The notes under the pieces: model-generated
What the model was told of the DNA's origin: nothing
The model's input: the letters and a program-made list of their open reading frames with translations, nothing else
Databases searched by the model: none
In this document: positions 30,248 to 38,622 of the stretch, in pieces
Position numbering within the stretch: position 1 is the first letter of the stretch
How the letters are laid out: each line of letters begins with the position of its first letter
Made by a program: the position numbers and the translations under genes
Origin: an uncultured Desulfobacter sp.
GTDB taxonomy: Bacteria > Desulfobacterota > Desulfobacteria > Desulfobacterales > Desulfobacteraceae
Direction: 5' to 3'
Assembly: GCA_963665095.1 (NCBI GenBank)
Contig: OY762069.1
Span: 6,528,001-6,592,000 of the forward strand
DNA length: 64,000 bases

Positions 30248-31546
30248 CTAATAGCGTGTTGGTTCGGACGGGAGTCGGAGAGTTATAAAATCTCGAAACT
30301 CTCCAGAGATCCGGTCATCTTCTGATAAGTTGGTCCAAAAGACTCGCCCCATGTCAGAAACCTCTTCAGAAAAATTTTCCACCGATTGAGTCACTTCAAA
30401 CGGTAGAACCTCACCATTTTTCGGAGCGAACTGCATAGAACACATATCATAGACAGGCAACAGGGAAAAATTTTCGTTTCCCATGGAAAAACTTAAATTT
30501 CCTAGGTGCATGTCGCTGTTATGAATAACTTCTCCGAATTGCTGTAACATCTTAACATTGTTTAATGCCTGTTCATCAGCAAGGCCCAAACGGAATAATT
30601 CAGCGACGACGCTTGTCCAATTGTTGCCATATCCGACAAACTCGCGGTCTAAAACTTCCAATGAGAACATAGAACTGCGGCCGAATTCTCCAACTCTGTC
30701 AAAACGTTCGAATTCAAGAAACAAACGTCCTTCCAAATCATAAATATTCGGCACAACCGCAGGGTACCCATGCTCAACTAAAACCCGTGATGCATGATAC
30801 TCTGTATACAGGATATCACGCCATCGAACTGCAACTTCATTCTCTCCCTTAGGCGAGAATTTAACGATAACATGGGCATTAAGGTCTTTGTTGAAGGCCG
30901 TAAATTTAGCTTGTTCTCCACCGGCAGATGATCCCGGGGGATTTCCTTTTAACACAGACAACGCAAGATCCGGGTAATCGGATTTTGAGACGGGAAAGGC
31001 CTTTTGATGAATTCGCATCAAACTGGGCTCCCCGAAAACTAAGTTCCCGGGTAAATCATCTCCTTTGGAAATTAAATATCTACCTATATGATCGGTATTC
31101 CACGCTTTTGGATTGGCAGGAAAGTCTTTAAGCTGTTCTGCTATCTTTTTGGCTATTTGCCTCCCGATAAACCCTTGAGGCCTCATATCGTATAGGAAAT
31201 ATGGAAGATCTTCAAATAACCCGGTGCCATCATATCCAAACAAAACAGGGGGAAAGTCATCTGTTTCAGGCTCTATGAAAAAACCCTCACAATTTAATGG
31301 GCGAACATCTGCAATTTTAGAACATGCTCCGGCAGAATCTGTAATTCCCAAAGGGATTCGATCTCCCATACCAAAGGCATTGCAGGTCGCAGCGTATCGA
31401 ACTGTCCGGCCATCTCGAACCTGTACTATTGTATCCCCGGCTTCTTTAATCTGCCTGGATACAGTGCTTTGACTTTGCCCCGTTGCGGCCTGAATTTCTT
31501 TTGATGTTGAAGGACCACGTCTCAAATAATCAACAATCGATAACAT
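30248..31546 (-). CDS. yjjJ: HipA-family Ser/Thr kinase toxin, YjjJ type, with N-terminal HTH
   Basis: HTH (SQSTVSR), DMRPQGFIGR, SSAGGEQAKF, VKFS, RFDR, NSDMHLGN, PVYDM. Confidence 0.88.
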   Translation of the reverse strand: MLSIVDYLRRGPSTSKEIQAATGQSQSTVSRQIKEAGDTIVQVRDGRTVRYAATCNAFGMGDRIPLGITDSAGACSKIADVRPLNCEGFFIEPETDDFPPVLFGYDGTGLFEDLPYFLYDMRPQGFIGRQIAKKIAEQLKDFPANPKAWNTDHIGRYLISKGDDLPGNLVFGEPSLMRIHQKAFPVSKSDYPDLALSVLKGNPPGSSAGGEQAKFTAFNKDLNAHVIVKFSPKGENEVAVRWRDILYTEYHASRVLVEHGYPAVVPNIYDLEGRLFLEFERFDRVGEFGRSSMFSLEVLDREFVGYGNNWTSVVAELFRLGLADEQALNNVKMLQQFGEVIHNSDMHLGNLSFSMGNENFSLLPVYDMCSMQFAPKNGEVLPFEVTQSVENFSEEVSDMGRVFWTNLSEDDRISGEFRDFITLRLPSEPTRY

Positions 31547-31660
31547 AACGCACCTTATTGGTGTAAATAACGACTTATTTAATGAATAATATTATATTAT
31601 TAAATTCCGATTAATTTTAAATATATTATGTCACTAAATAACATGTATGAAAATAAAATT

Positions 31661-31801
31661 ATGAATTACTACGGTCACTACTATAAGTCAGCTTTATATC
31701 CGACCCTGAGATGCCTGGACCGTCGCCTTGTAATGTGCGGCAACGCACGCAAAAAGTACTGGCACATGAGCAAAATGAAGTGGGTGGCCATTGCCATGCC
31801 T
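31661..31801 (+). mobile_element. Group II intron-encoded protein (domain X / C-terminal) remnant
   Basis: NYYGHYYKSALYPTLRCLDRRLV resembles maturase domain X (GWxNYY...); NARKKYWHMSK resembles the RKxYW IEP C-terminal motif. Confidence 0.55.
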
Positions 31802-31856
31802 ATAGAATGTAATACCAATATAGTATTATTTTGAATCCGTGCAACGATTTTTTTGA

Positions 31857-31985
31857 AGTGAACGGGGAGTTGAGGGGCCAGGCTTTTTAAACCCGAGAAG
31901 CTCCAATAAAAGTTTAAATTTTCCTGAACCAGGGACTCCCGAAAAGCCGCTATCCCCCGGGTCGGCCTGCAGCGGATTGTTTTTG
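31857..31985 (-). mobile_element. Integron attC recombination site
   Basis: Directly after the yoeB stop: R'' CAAAAAC, 5-bp spacer, L'' GCTGCAGG ... L' CCTCAAC, 5-bp spacer, R' GTTCACT. L boxes pair with one extrahelical base; 129 bp. Confidence 0.75.
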
Positions 31986-32249
31986 TCATTCATAATGTGT
32001 CCACATACGAAGGATTTTCACAATTTTATCAGCATCTATAATTTGATATACGATTCTATGTTGAATATTTAATCTTCTTGAATATGCACCAGATAGATCC
32101 CCTATGAGTTTTTCATAAGGCGGTGGAGTTTGATATGGGTTTTTCTTAAAAATCTCTATGAGTCCTATTGCTTTTAACTTCAACCCTGATGAAGAAAGCT
32201 TCTTCGCATCCTTCTGCGCTTGTTTTGTGTAAACAACCTTCCAAATCAC
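31986..32249 (-). CDS. yoeB: Txe/YoeB family mRNA interferase toxin
   Basis: PPYEKLIGDLSGAYSRRLNIQHRIVY...RMWTHYE. Confidence 0.95.
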   Translation of the reverse strand: MIWKVVYTKQAQKDAKKLSSSGLKLKAIGLIEIFKKNPYQTPPPYEKLIGDLSGAYSRRLNIQHRIVYQIIDADKIVKILRMWTHYE

Positions 32250-32488
32250 CAGTCAAGATCCTCGCTGCATTCTTCTACTGGTGTTAACAGGCCTTCCTGT
32301 ATGGATTCTCGCATTCCCGGAATATTTAATAAAAACATTGTTTCTTGAATTGATTTCCAGTCTTCTTCAGAAAGAAGAACAGCATTCCCTCTTTTTCCTG
32401 TGATAATAATTGGTTCATGAGAAGATGATGTCTGATCGATAAGCCTATAAAGATTGGAACGGGCCTCTGTGGCAGATAATATTGTCAT
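32246..32488 (-). CDS. yefM: Phd/YefM family antitoxin
   Basis: SATEARSNLYRLID, PIIITGKRGNAVLLSEEDW..IQET; 4-bp overlap with the toxin. Confidence 0.95.
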   Translation of the reverse strand: MTILSATEARSNLYRLIDQTSSSHEPIIITGKRGNAVLLSEEDWKSIQETMFLLNIPGMRESIQEGLLTPVEECSEDLDW

Positions 32489-32517
32489 ATGTCCTCCTTG
32501 AATTTTAATTTACATAA

Positions 32518-32546
32518 ATGGTACGCCATGACGTACGCATTGTCAA
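32518..32546 (-). promoter_or_regulatory. Sigma70 promoter of yefM-yoeB with overlapping GTAC palindromic operator
   Basis: TTGACA-17 bp-TACCAT on the minus strand; inverted repeat GTACG-N6-CGTAC spans the spacer and -10. Confidence 0.8.
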
Positions 32547-32821
32547 GGTGGTGTTTTGAGACAAAAATGAAATAGGCAGAATGGGCCAATATTGTCCATG
32601 AAGGAGCGCATTGGAGATAAACACTCCCCCTCCCCTCGAAAAATTCAACTGTAAATTTTATCCATTTGAAATTGATATCAGTTTGCAGGCGAGTTGCTTA
32701 AGGATTCCTTCTTGAATCTTTACCCCCGGTAATTTATAACCGCAGCTATGAACGGCGGGTATCTGGTTCTTGAATAAAATCGGGCACCCAAAGCCGTTTG
32801 CTTTGAAAACTATTTTAAAAT

Positions 32822-33379
32822 ATGGATAGAGCAGCAATGATGTCGGACTGTATCAGAAAAGTATTGCCCAATGTAAAGGATTTTAAACGCTTCTGGAAAG
32901 ACCGGGGACCGTTTAAATATGCGTTGACAAGTAAGGAATATCCCCCCGTTCTGCTGGAACCGGAAGAGTGGATATTCGGCAATGACAGCGTTGAGGTTTT
33001 AAAGGAGCTGATGCAGTTTTCCCGTGATAAACTCTGCTTTGCCAAAGCCCCGTTCAACCCGGATAATAAGACGATTCTGCGCCCGGATGACATCTGTGCC
33101 TGGAAGATTGTTCATTTTCCGGAATCATGGAATGCCATGGTGTGTGATGCGTTTCTGCCCGAGGGACAGCTCACCCGGGCTGTGGCGGATGAATGCCGGG
33201 CACTGGGGCTTGATGAGGATAAAGCCGGCATTGAACAGGCTTTCTTCAGCCTGCTGGAAAGGGAGCTTGACCGCATGGGATATGTGTGGCTGTTTCCCAG
33301 GAAGGGTGCGAAATCGGCTGCCATTGCCCCGTATCTGGCTGAGTGGACAAAGGACGAGGAAGAAGCCGGCCTTATTTAG
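32822..33379 (+). CDS. Hypothetical protein
   Basis: 185-aa ORF with protein-like composition and an upstream TTGAAT-17-TATAAC promoter (32712-32740); no family recognised. Confidence 0.7.
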   Translation: MDRAAMMSDCIRKVLPNVKDFKRFWKDRGPFKYALTSKEYPPVLLEPEEWIFGNDSVEVLKELMQFSRDKLCFAKAPFNPDNKTILRPDDICAWKIVHFPESWNAMVCDAFLPEGQLTRAVADECRALGLDEDKAGIEQAFFSLLERELDRMGYVWLFPRKGAKSAAIAPYLAEWTKDEEEAGLI

Positions 33380-33544
33380 TGTTTGGACGAAAAGTTACCC
33401 ACCTGCGGCGTTGCTGCACAAACCTTAAATCCTCACGTACTGAAGTACGCTCCGGTTTAAGCTTTGCTTGCGCCTTGCATCTGGGCAACTTTTCGCCCAA
33501 ACACCGTTACAGAGCCCAAGTTTGGGTTTTTTATTCAGGCACTA
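33377..33544. repeat. Long palindromic MITE/REP-like element
   Basis: GTGTTTGGACGAAAAGTTACCC (33379) pairs with GGGCAACTTTTCGCCCAAACAC (ends 33504), apex CGTAC-TGAA-GTACG; imperfect outer TIR TAGTGTTTGGA / TTCAGGCACTA. Confidence 0.7.
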
Positions 33545-33549
33545 TTTAA

Positions 33550-35259
33550 CTATTTAGTAGTTAGGAGTGATTTTATCTGGCTGGGTTTTGCCGGGAATTC
33601 CCAGAATCCGTTGATGCCTGATTTTTCAAACAGCGCGCTTAGTTGTATGCGGTCCATGTGTCGCTGCAAAGAGGACACAATGATGGGCACCTCCTGGGCG
33701 GAATAAAGTTCTCTTATCTCCTGGGCCAGAGTCATCACTGTCATCTGTTCAACGACAAAATCTGTGATAATGGCGGCAGGTTTTTTTTCTGAAATGAACT
33801 CAAACGCCTCCTGGGGACTGGTAAATGTCCGGGCTGTGGAACCGCAGTTATGAATCAGCCTGGCATTGACATCCAGAAAGGTGGTGGACGGGTGAATTAC
33901 CACTATGACAGGTCTGTGTTCCTTGTCTCTTTCCTCTTTGAGCCGGATGAATTTTTTTGCTGTGGCGGTGCGGTTCCTTTTTTCAAGAAGACGGATCCAG
34001 GTGTCAATAACGCTGACCGGGGCTGAGTTATGCAGGTAGTTTGAGCAGATATATGTAAATGTGTCCGAGGTCATCAGCGCTTCAATCAGATGGGTTGCAC
34101 CGGCATCCAGGATGGTGGTGGCCAGCGCTTCGCCGGATTTGGTGCCGGATTCGATTCTTTTTTTGATTTCTGCCACAATATAGTCTGAGCAGTGCCTGTC
34201 CAGGGCTTTAATGGCGCCCATGCCAACATATATCACCGGATCTGTGGCTGCTTTTACAATGGGGGCGGTGGATTCAAATTCAGGATAATGGGACAAGGCG
34301 GTGTACAGGGAAAATCGTACCAGATTGTCAAGATTTGTCTGCTCGGCAAGGGTGAGAAGATCGCCTATGGAATCGTGGGGGATGGTGCATGCCGTAAGGC
34401 GCAAAAGGTTTACCAGAAGGTCAGGCTCATCGTTGTCCAGGTTGTCGTGAAGGGCTGATGCCACTTCGTCGCCTCTGGTCCTGAAGTAGGCCAGGGCCTG
34501 AAATCGCTCTTCCATGCTGGGAGATGCCAGACGCCAGGTATTGGCCTCCAGCGGCGTCATGTCTGCCAGGGACGGTCTGGTTTTGGTCTCTGGTTTTGCC
34601 TTGGGTGCAGGCGCGGCCTTGGGTTTGGCTGCGGGTCTTGGTTTTGGAGGTGCCTTTGGTGCTTTGGGCACAGGTTGCGTCTTTTTTTTCCCTTGAAGAA
34701 ATGCCAGGGAATCCAGAATGTCCTGGCCGCACTTATCTGTCTGGGCGATCTGTTCCAGCCGCTGAACGGCTTTATCTGTGCCAATGCGCTCCAGTGCAGT
34801 GACAGCGGCCTTGCGAAGTTCCGGATCACCATAAAAAACAAATTCTGCCAGATCATCAATGAGAAATTCGGTACCAAGGCGGCCGGCAGCCCTGAAAATG
34901 TCTTCAATCAGATCCCGGTGGGTTTCCTTGCCCAGTATGTGTCTGATTAGCGGGGCAATCGGTCCGGGATGGTCCGGGTCGGTGTGATTCAGCAGGATCA
35001 GGGCAAATTTGAAATTAATATGGGCTCTGTCCATTGCCAGCTGATACAGGCGCGGCTGCAGCGGATGGGCAGGCCCCATGGTGTTCATCAGAAAGGAGAG
35101 AATATCATAGGCAGTATCATCCGGTGACAGGGCCAATCGTTCGATCACCGCCTGCTGGTCTGTTTCATTAAGGCTTAAAATTTTAATCAGGGTATCACGT
35201 GCCCCCTCAATGTCGCCGGTTTTAATGATTTTTTCAAATTCCGGAATAAATTCCGCCAT
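33550..35259 (-). CDS. HEAT-repeat protein with C-terminal atypical receiver domain
   Basis: HEAT-like LRKAAVTALERIG, P/K/A-rich linker, REC-like C-terminus (KPAAIITD...VPIIVSS). Confidence 0.75.
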   Translation of the reverse strand: MAEFIPEFEKIIKTGDIEGARDTLIKILSLNETDQQAVIERLALSPDDTAYDILSFLMNTMGPAHPLQPRLYQLAMDRAHINFKFALILLNHTDPDHPGPIAPLIRHILGKETHRDLIEDIFRAAGRLGTEFLIDDLAEFVFYGDPELRKAAVTALERIGTDKAVQRLEQIAQTDKCGQDILDSLAFLQGKKKTQPVPKAPKAPPKPRPAAKPKAAPAPKAKPETKTRPSLADMTPLEANTWRLASPSMEERFQALAYFRTRGDEVASALHDNLDNDEPDLLVNLLRLTACTIPHDSIGDLLTLAEQTNLDNLVRFSLYTALSHYPEFESTAPIVKAATDPVIYVGMGAIKALDRHCSDYIVAEIKKRIESGTKSGEALATTILDAGATHLIEALMTSDTFTYICSNYLHNSAPVSVIDTWIRLLEKRNRTATAKKFIRLKEERDKEHRPVIVVIHPSTTFLDVNARLIHNCGSTARTFTSPQEAFEFISEKKPAAIITDFVVEQMTVMTLAQEIRELYSAQEVPIIVSSLQRHMDRIQLSALFEKSGINGFWEFPAKPSQIKSLLTTK

Positions 35260-35276
35260 ATGGTCTCTCCTTAAAA

Positions 35277-36293
35277 TTAAGAATCATATCCTTTGGGGTT
35301 TTTCTGCTGCCAGTGCCAGGCGTCTTTGCACATATCGTCAATATCCAGGTCTGCCTTCCATCCGAGTTCCGCCCGTGCTTTGGACGGGTCTGCCCAGCAT
35401 GCGGCAATGTCTCCGGGCCGGCGCGGGGCGATTTTGAATGGGACGTCATGACCGCATGCCTTTTGAAAGCCTTTTATCATCTCGAGCACTGAATAGCCCC
35501 GGCCGGTGCCAAGATTGTAGATGTTGACACCTGCCTTTTCCATGAGTTTTGGCAGACAGCAGATATGTCCTCTGGCAAGATCGGTGACATGGATATAGTC
35601 CCTGACCCCTGTGCCGTCCGGCGTGTCGTAGTCGTTGCCGAACACATTGACACATGGCAACTGGCCAATGGCCACCCGGGCCACATAGGGCATCAGGTTA
35701 TTGGGGATATCCCTGGGGTCTTCGCCGATATCCCCGCAGGGATGTGCACCCACCGGGTTGAAATACCGCAGCAGGGTAATGTGCCATTTGGGATCGGAAA
35801 CATGCAGGTCGGACAGGATCTCTTCAATCATCAGCTTGGTCCGGCCGTAGGGGTTGGTTACGGACAGGGGGAAATCTTCTGTAATGGGAAGCTTGGCGGG
35901 GTTGCCGTACACCGTGGCTGATGAGGAGAACACAATGGCCGTGACACCGGCTGCGTCCATGGCCTCTATCAGGTTCAGGGTACCGGTAATATTGTTGTGG
36001 TAGTAGCGTAGCGGCTGGGATACGGATTCTCCCACTGCCTTAAGCCCTGCAAAGTGAATCACCGCGTCAATATCTTTGTGTTCTTTGAATATCGTTGCGA
36101 TGCCGGATTTATCCAGAAGATCTGTTTCATAAAAATCAAGGTCCTTTCCCGTGATCTGTTTCACCCGGTCAAGGGCCTTGGATGAAGAGTTTGAAAGATT
36201 GTCCAGAACCACGACCTCATGGTCCCTTTCGAGCAGTTCAACGCATGTATGGCTGCCGATATAGCCGGCGCCACCGGTGACAAGAATTTTCAT
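35277..36293 (-). CDS. galE: UDP-glucose 4-epimerase
   Basis: GGAGYIGSH, HFAGLKAVGES, FSSSATVYG, YGRTK, LRYFNPVGAH. Confidence 0.97.
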   Translation of the reverse strand: MKILVTGGAGYIGSHTCVELLERDHEVVVLDNLSNSSSKALDRVKQITGKDLDFYETDLLDKSGIATIFKEHKDIDAVIHFAGLKAVGESVSQPLRYYHNNITGTLNLIEAMDAAGVTAIVFSSSATVYGNPAKLPITEDFPLSVTNPYGRTKLMIEEILSDLHVSDPKWHITLLRYFNPVGAHPCGDIGEDPRDIPNNLMPYVARVAIGQLPCVNVFGNDYDTPDGTGVRDYIHVTDLARGHICCLPKLMEKAGVNIYNLGTGRGYSVLEMIKGFQKACGHDVPFKIAPRRPGDIAACWADPSKARAELGWKADLDIDDMCKDAWHWQQKNPKGYDS

Positions 36294-37378
36294 TGGAATT
36301 CCTTGTATGATGTCAGAAGTTTTTCTTTTTTCCAGGTTGTCTGGCTGAATAGATCAAAACATATATTACATGTTTTGCAGGCTTTTGTACAGGAGGTAAG
36401 TGTGGTGAAAAAATCGGGTCCGAGACGGGCATTGTCAATATGGTATCTTTGGGCCAGCATCTGGGGGGCATCCATGAGATCCAGAAGGTTTCCCTCAAAG
36501 CGTTTATGGATGTATGCGGTGATGCATTGTTTTAAAAAATTTACCCCCCGGGTCCGGCCGCACAGCTTAATGCCGTCGGAAAGTCCGTTGTAGCGGTCTG
36601 TATCCTCAGGCCGGATAAAAGGTGATTTTAGAAATGCATGGGGTGTCTGGGTGAAATATGCCTGGCAGCCGATCTCCTGGTTCAGCTGCCATGTGTTTTC
36701 CCTGACCAGCCCGGTATTGGATAACGAGATCTGGGCGTCATGACTGAGTTTGAACGGACAGTGGTAAATGCAGCCTTCGTTGGCCAAAAGTTCAATGCGG
36801 ATGCCTGGATACCGGGCTTTGACCACATCACAAAAAAATGAAAGGCTCTGGATGTCTCTGTTCAGGCTCCGGTCCGTGACAATGCGTGATGGGAGGTTGA
36901 ACCGGGTTTGGGAGATCAGATCTAAAAAAGCAATACATTTTTCAGGACTGTCCGGCATGGCATTGATCCCCGGCACTGCCTCAAGCCGGGGGATGATGTC
37001 ATGTCCGGTGCGGTCAAGGGCATTGAGAAGGTAGGCATCTGTTATCACAATACCTTTAAGCCCGACCGCTTTGTCAAGCCGGGCAACGGCATCAAGCATG
37101 GCGGTCAGCCGGGCAGTATCCCTGTAGACATCCGGCTCGGTGAACCGGGTGTTCATCAGAATATATTTATCAACCGCCGTGAGAGGTGACAGGGTGTCTG
37201 CAAGCTTGCAGGTGGCGGTTCCAGGATCCTGGCAGAGACGAATTCTTGAATCCAGTACAGGGCCTGATGTTAGGGGGAAATATAAGGAGGAGAGGCAGTC
37301 GGCGTGTTCTGAAAGAAAATCTGCATATCCTGCATCCGGGATAAAAGGGACTGATAATTTTATGGGAATCGTATTCAT
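36290..37378 (-). CDS. U32 peptidase-like Fe-S protein
   Basis: ELLANEGCIYHCPF, FIRPED, KLCGR, GNLLDL, C-terminal CxxxCxxCxxC; start uncertain (37378 or 37402). Confidence 0.6.
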   Translation of the reverse strand: MNTIPIKLSVPFIPDAGYADFLSEHADCLSSLYFPLTSGPVLDSRIRLCQDPGTATCKLADTLSPLTAVDKYILMNTRFTEPDVYRDTARLTAMLDAVARLDKAVGLKGIVITDAYLLNALDRTGHDIIPRLEAVPGINAMPDSPEKCIAFLDLISQTRFNLPSRIVTDRSLNRDIQSLSFFCDVVKARYPGIRIELLANEGCIYHCPFKLSHDAQISLSNTGLVRENTWQLNQEIGCQAYFTQTPHAFLKSPFIRPEDTDRYNGLSDGIKLCGRTRGVNFLKQCITAYIHKRFEGNLLDLMDAPQMLAQRYHIDNARLGPDFFTTLTSCTKACKTCNICFDLFSQTTWKKEKLLTSYKEFQ

Positions 37379-37544
37379 GGGTATGGGTACATCCAAAAGC
37401 AAGAGGTTGAAAAATAAAGTAAATATGTTACATGCCGCTTAAAAATGCAAGCCTTGAACATTGACACGCCATAATGCATGGTTAACGTTAAATTTAATAC
37501 AGGTAAGTGCCTGGCAACTCGAATACAACTTAAGGAGTATGGCA

Positions 37545-37865
37545 ATGATTGAACTTTCAGATGCTGCTAAAACGCAGATCGAAAACTATTTTCAGGGGCA
37601 GGAACCAACCCCCATCAGGATTTTTTTAAATTCCGGCGGCTGAGGTGGCCCTTCGCTTGCAATGGCTCTGGATGAGCCAAGAGATACAGATGACACATTT
37701 GACGTTAAAGGGCTTAAATTCCTGGTTGACAAGGATTTTATGACAAAAGCGGAAAACATTAAGATTGATTTTAACGGTATGGGGTTTCAGCTTGATTCCA
37801 ATATTGACTTAGGCGTCGGCAGCGGTTGCGGCGGCTGCAGCTCTTCCGGATCATGCGGCAGCTAA
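37545..37865 (+). CDS. HesB/IscA-like selenoprotein (Sec at UGA 37641-37643)
   Basis: AAGGAG RBS; MIELSDAAK...IRIFLNSGG-UGA-GGPSLAMALDEP... reads through in frame; hairpin TGGCTC-TGGAT-GAGCCA at 37663-37679; selB is in the window. Confidence 0.9.
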
Positions 37866-37883
37866 AGCGGTTTTAAGTCTTTT

Positions 37884-37931
37884 AATAAAGAGGCGTCCTT
37901 GTCTGAAAAATGGCAAAGACGCCTTTTTATT
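37884..37931. terminator. Bidirectional rho-independent terminator
   Basis: AATAAAGAGGCGTCCTTGTC...GGCAAAGACGCCTTTTTATT between convergent genes. Confidence 0.75.
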
Positions 37932-37950
37932 TAGTGTTTAAACTTGATGG

Positions 37951-38454
37951 TTAGTCTGTATTATTTTGTTGAATGGGACCGGTGACCAGGATGGGTGAGG
38001 CCTCAATTTTATCGGCGGCCATAAGACTGACCACACGTTCAAATGCACTCATGATCATCATCTGCTCCCAGTCTTCAAGACTGGAAAAGTGATCGGTGAA
38101 TTTTTTCTGGAGTAACGGAGGCAGGTTTCTGATGATTTCCTGCCCCTTCTCAGTGAGAAAAAGGCTGACAGCCCGCCTGTCATCCTCTCTTTTTTTTCTG
38201 GCAATATAGCCCCGGGCCTCAAGCCGCTTGGTAATATCTGTCACGGTGGCCTGACTCAGGCTGGTGGCACGGGACAACGGCGTGATGGATATCTGACCGT
38301 GAAAGGAAATTTCCTGAAGCACAATAAGTTGAGGCCCTGTGAGCCCGAATTCCTTATTCAGCTTTCTGGAATGAATATCAACGGCCTGAATGATTTTCCG
38401 TATGGATATCAACAGGTTCTGGCATCTTTGGGTTGTAAGTTCTGTTTCTGCCAT
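37951..38454 (-). CDS. MarR-family transcriptional regulator (EctR-like)
   Basis: LLISIRKIIQAVDIHSRKL, GLTGPQL, LSQATVT, DDRRAV..LTEKG. Confidence 0.9.
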   Translation of the reverse strand: MAETELTTQRCQNLLISIRKIIQAVDIHSRKLNKEFGLTGPQLIVLQEISFHGQISITPLSRATSLSQATVTDITKRLEARGYIARKKREDDRRAVSLFLTEKGQEIIRNLPPLLQKKFTDHFSSLEDWEQMMIMSAFERVVSLMAADKIEASPILVTGPIQQNNTD

Positions 38455-38622
38455 ATTTAATCTTTAAAATGGGGTCGAAGTATTTTTAAGGCGCTATTGT
38501 ATACTATTGTACGGGTTGATAGCAAGCAGAATGGTTTTGTCCTGCTTGACCCGTAACACAGCCCGTGGTAGCTTGTAATCTCAAATGCATGAGCAATTCA
38601 GTGTCAGTTTTTCAATAACCCA

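Noticed and set aside
31681..31989. 102-aa ORF downstream of yoeB
   Set aside because: Runs through the attC and intron relic; no protein-like features.
37461..37865. Two separate small ORFs (37461-37643 and 37662-37865)
   Set aside because: Better explained as one gene with Sec readthrough.
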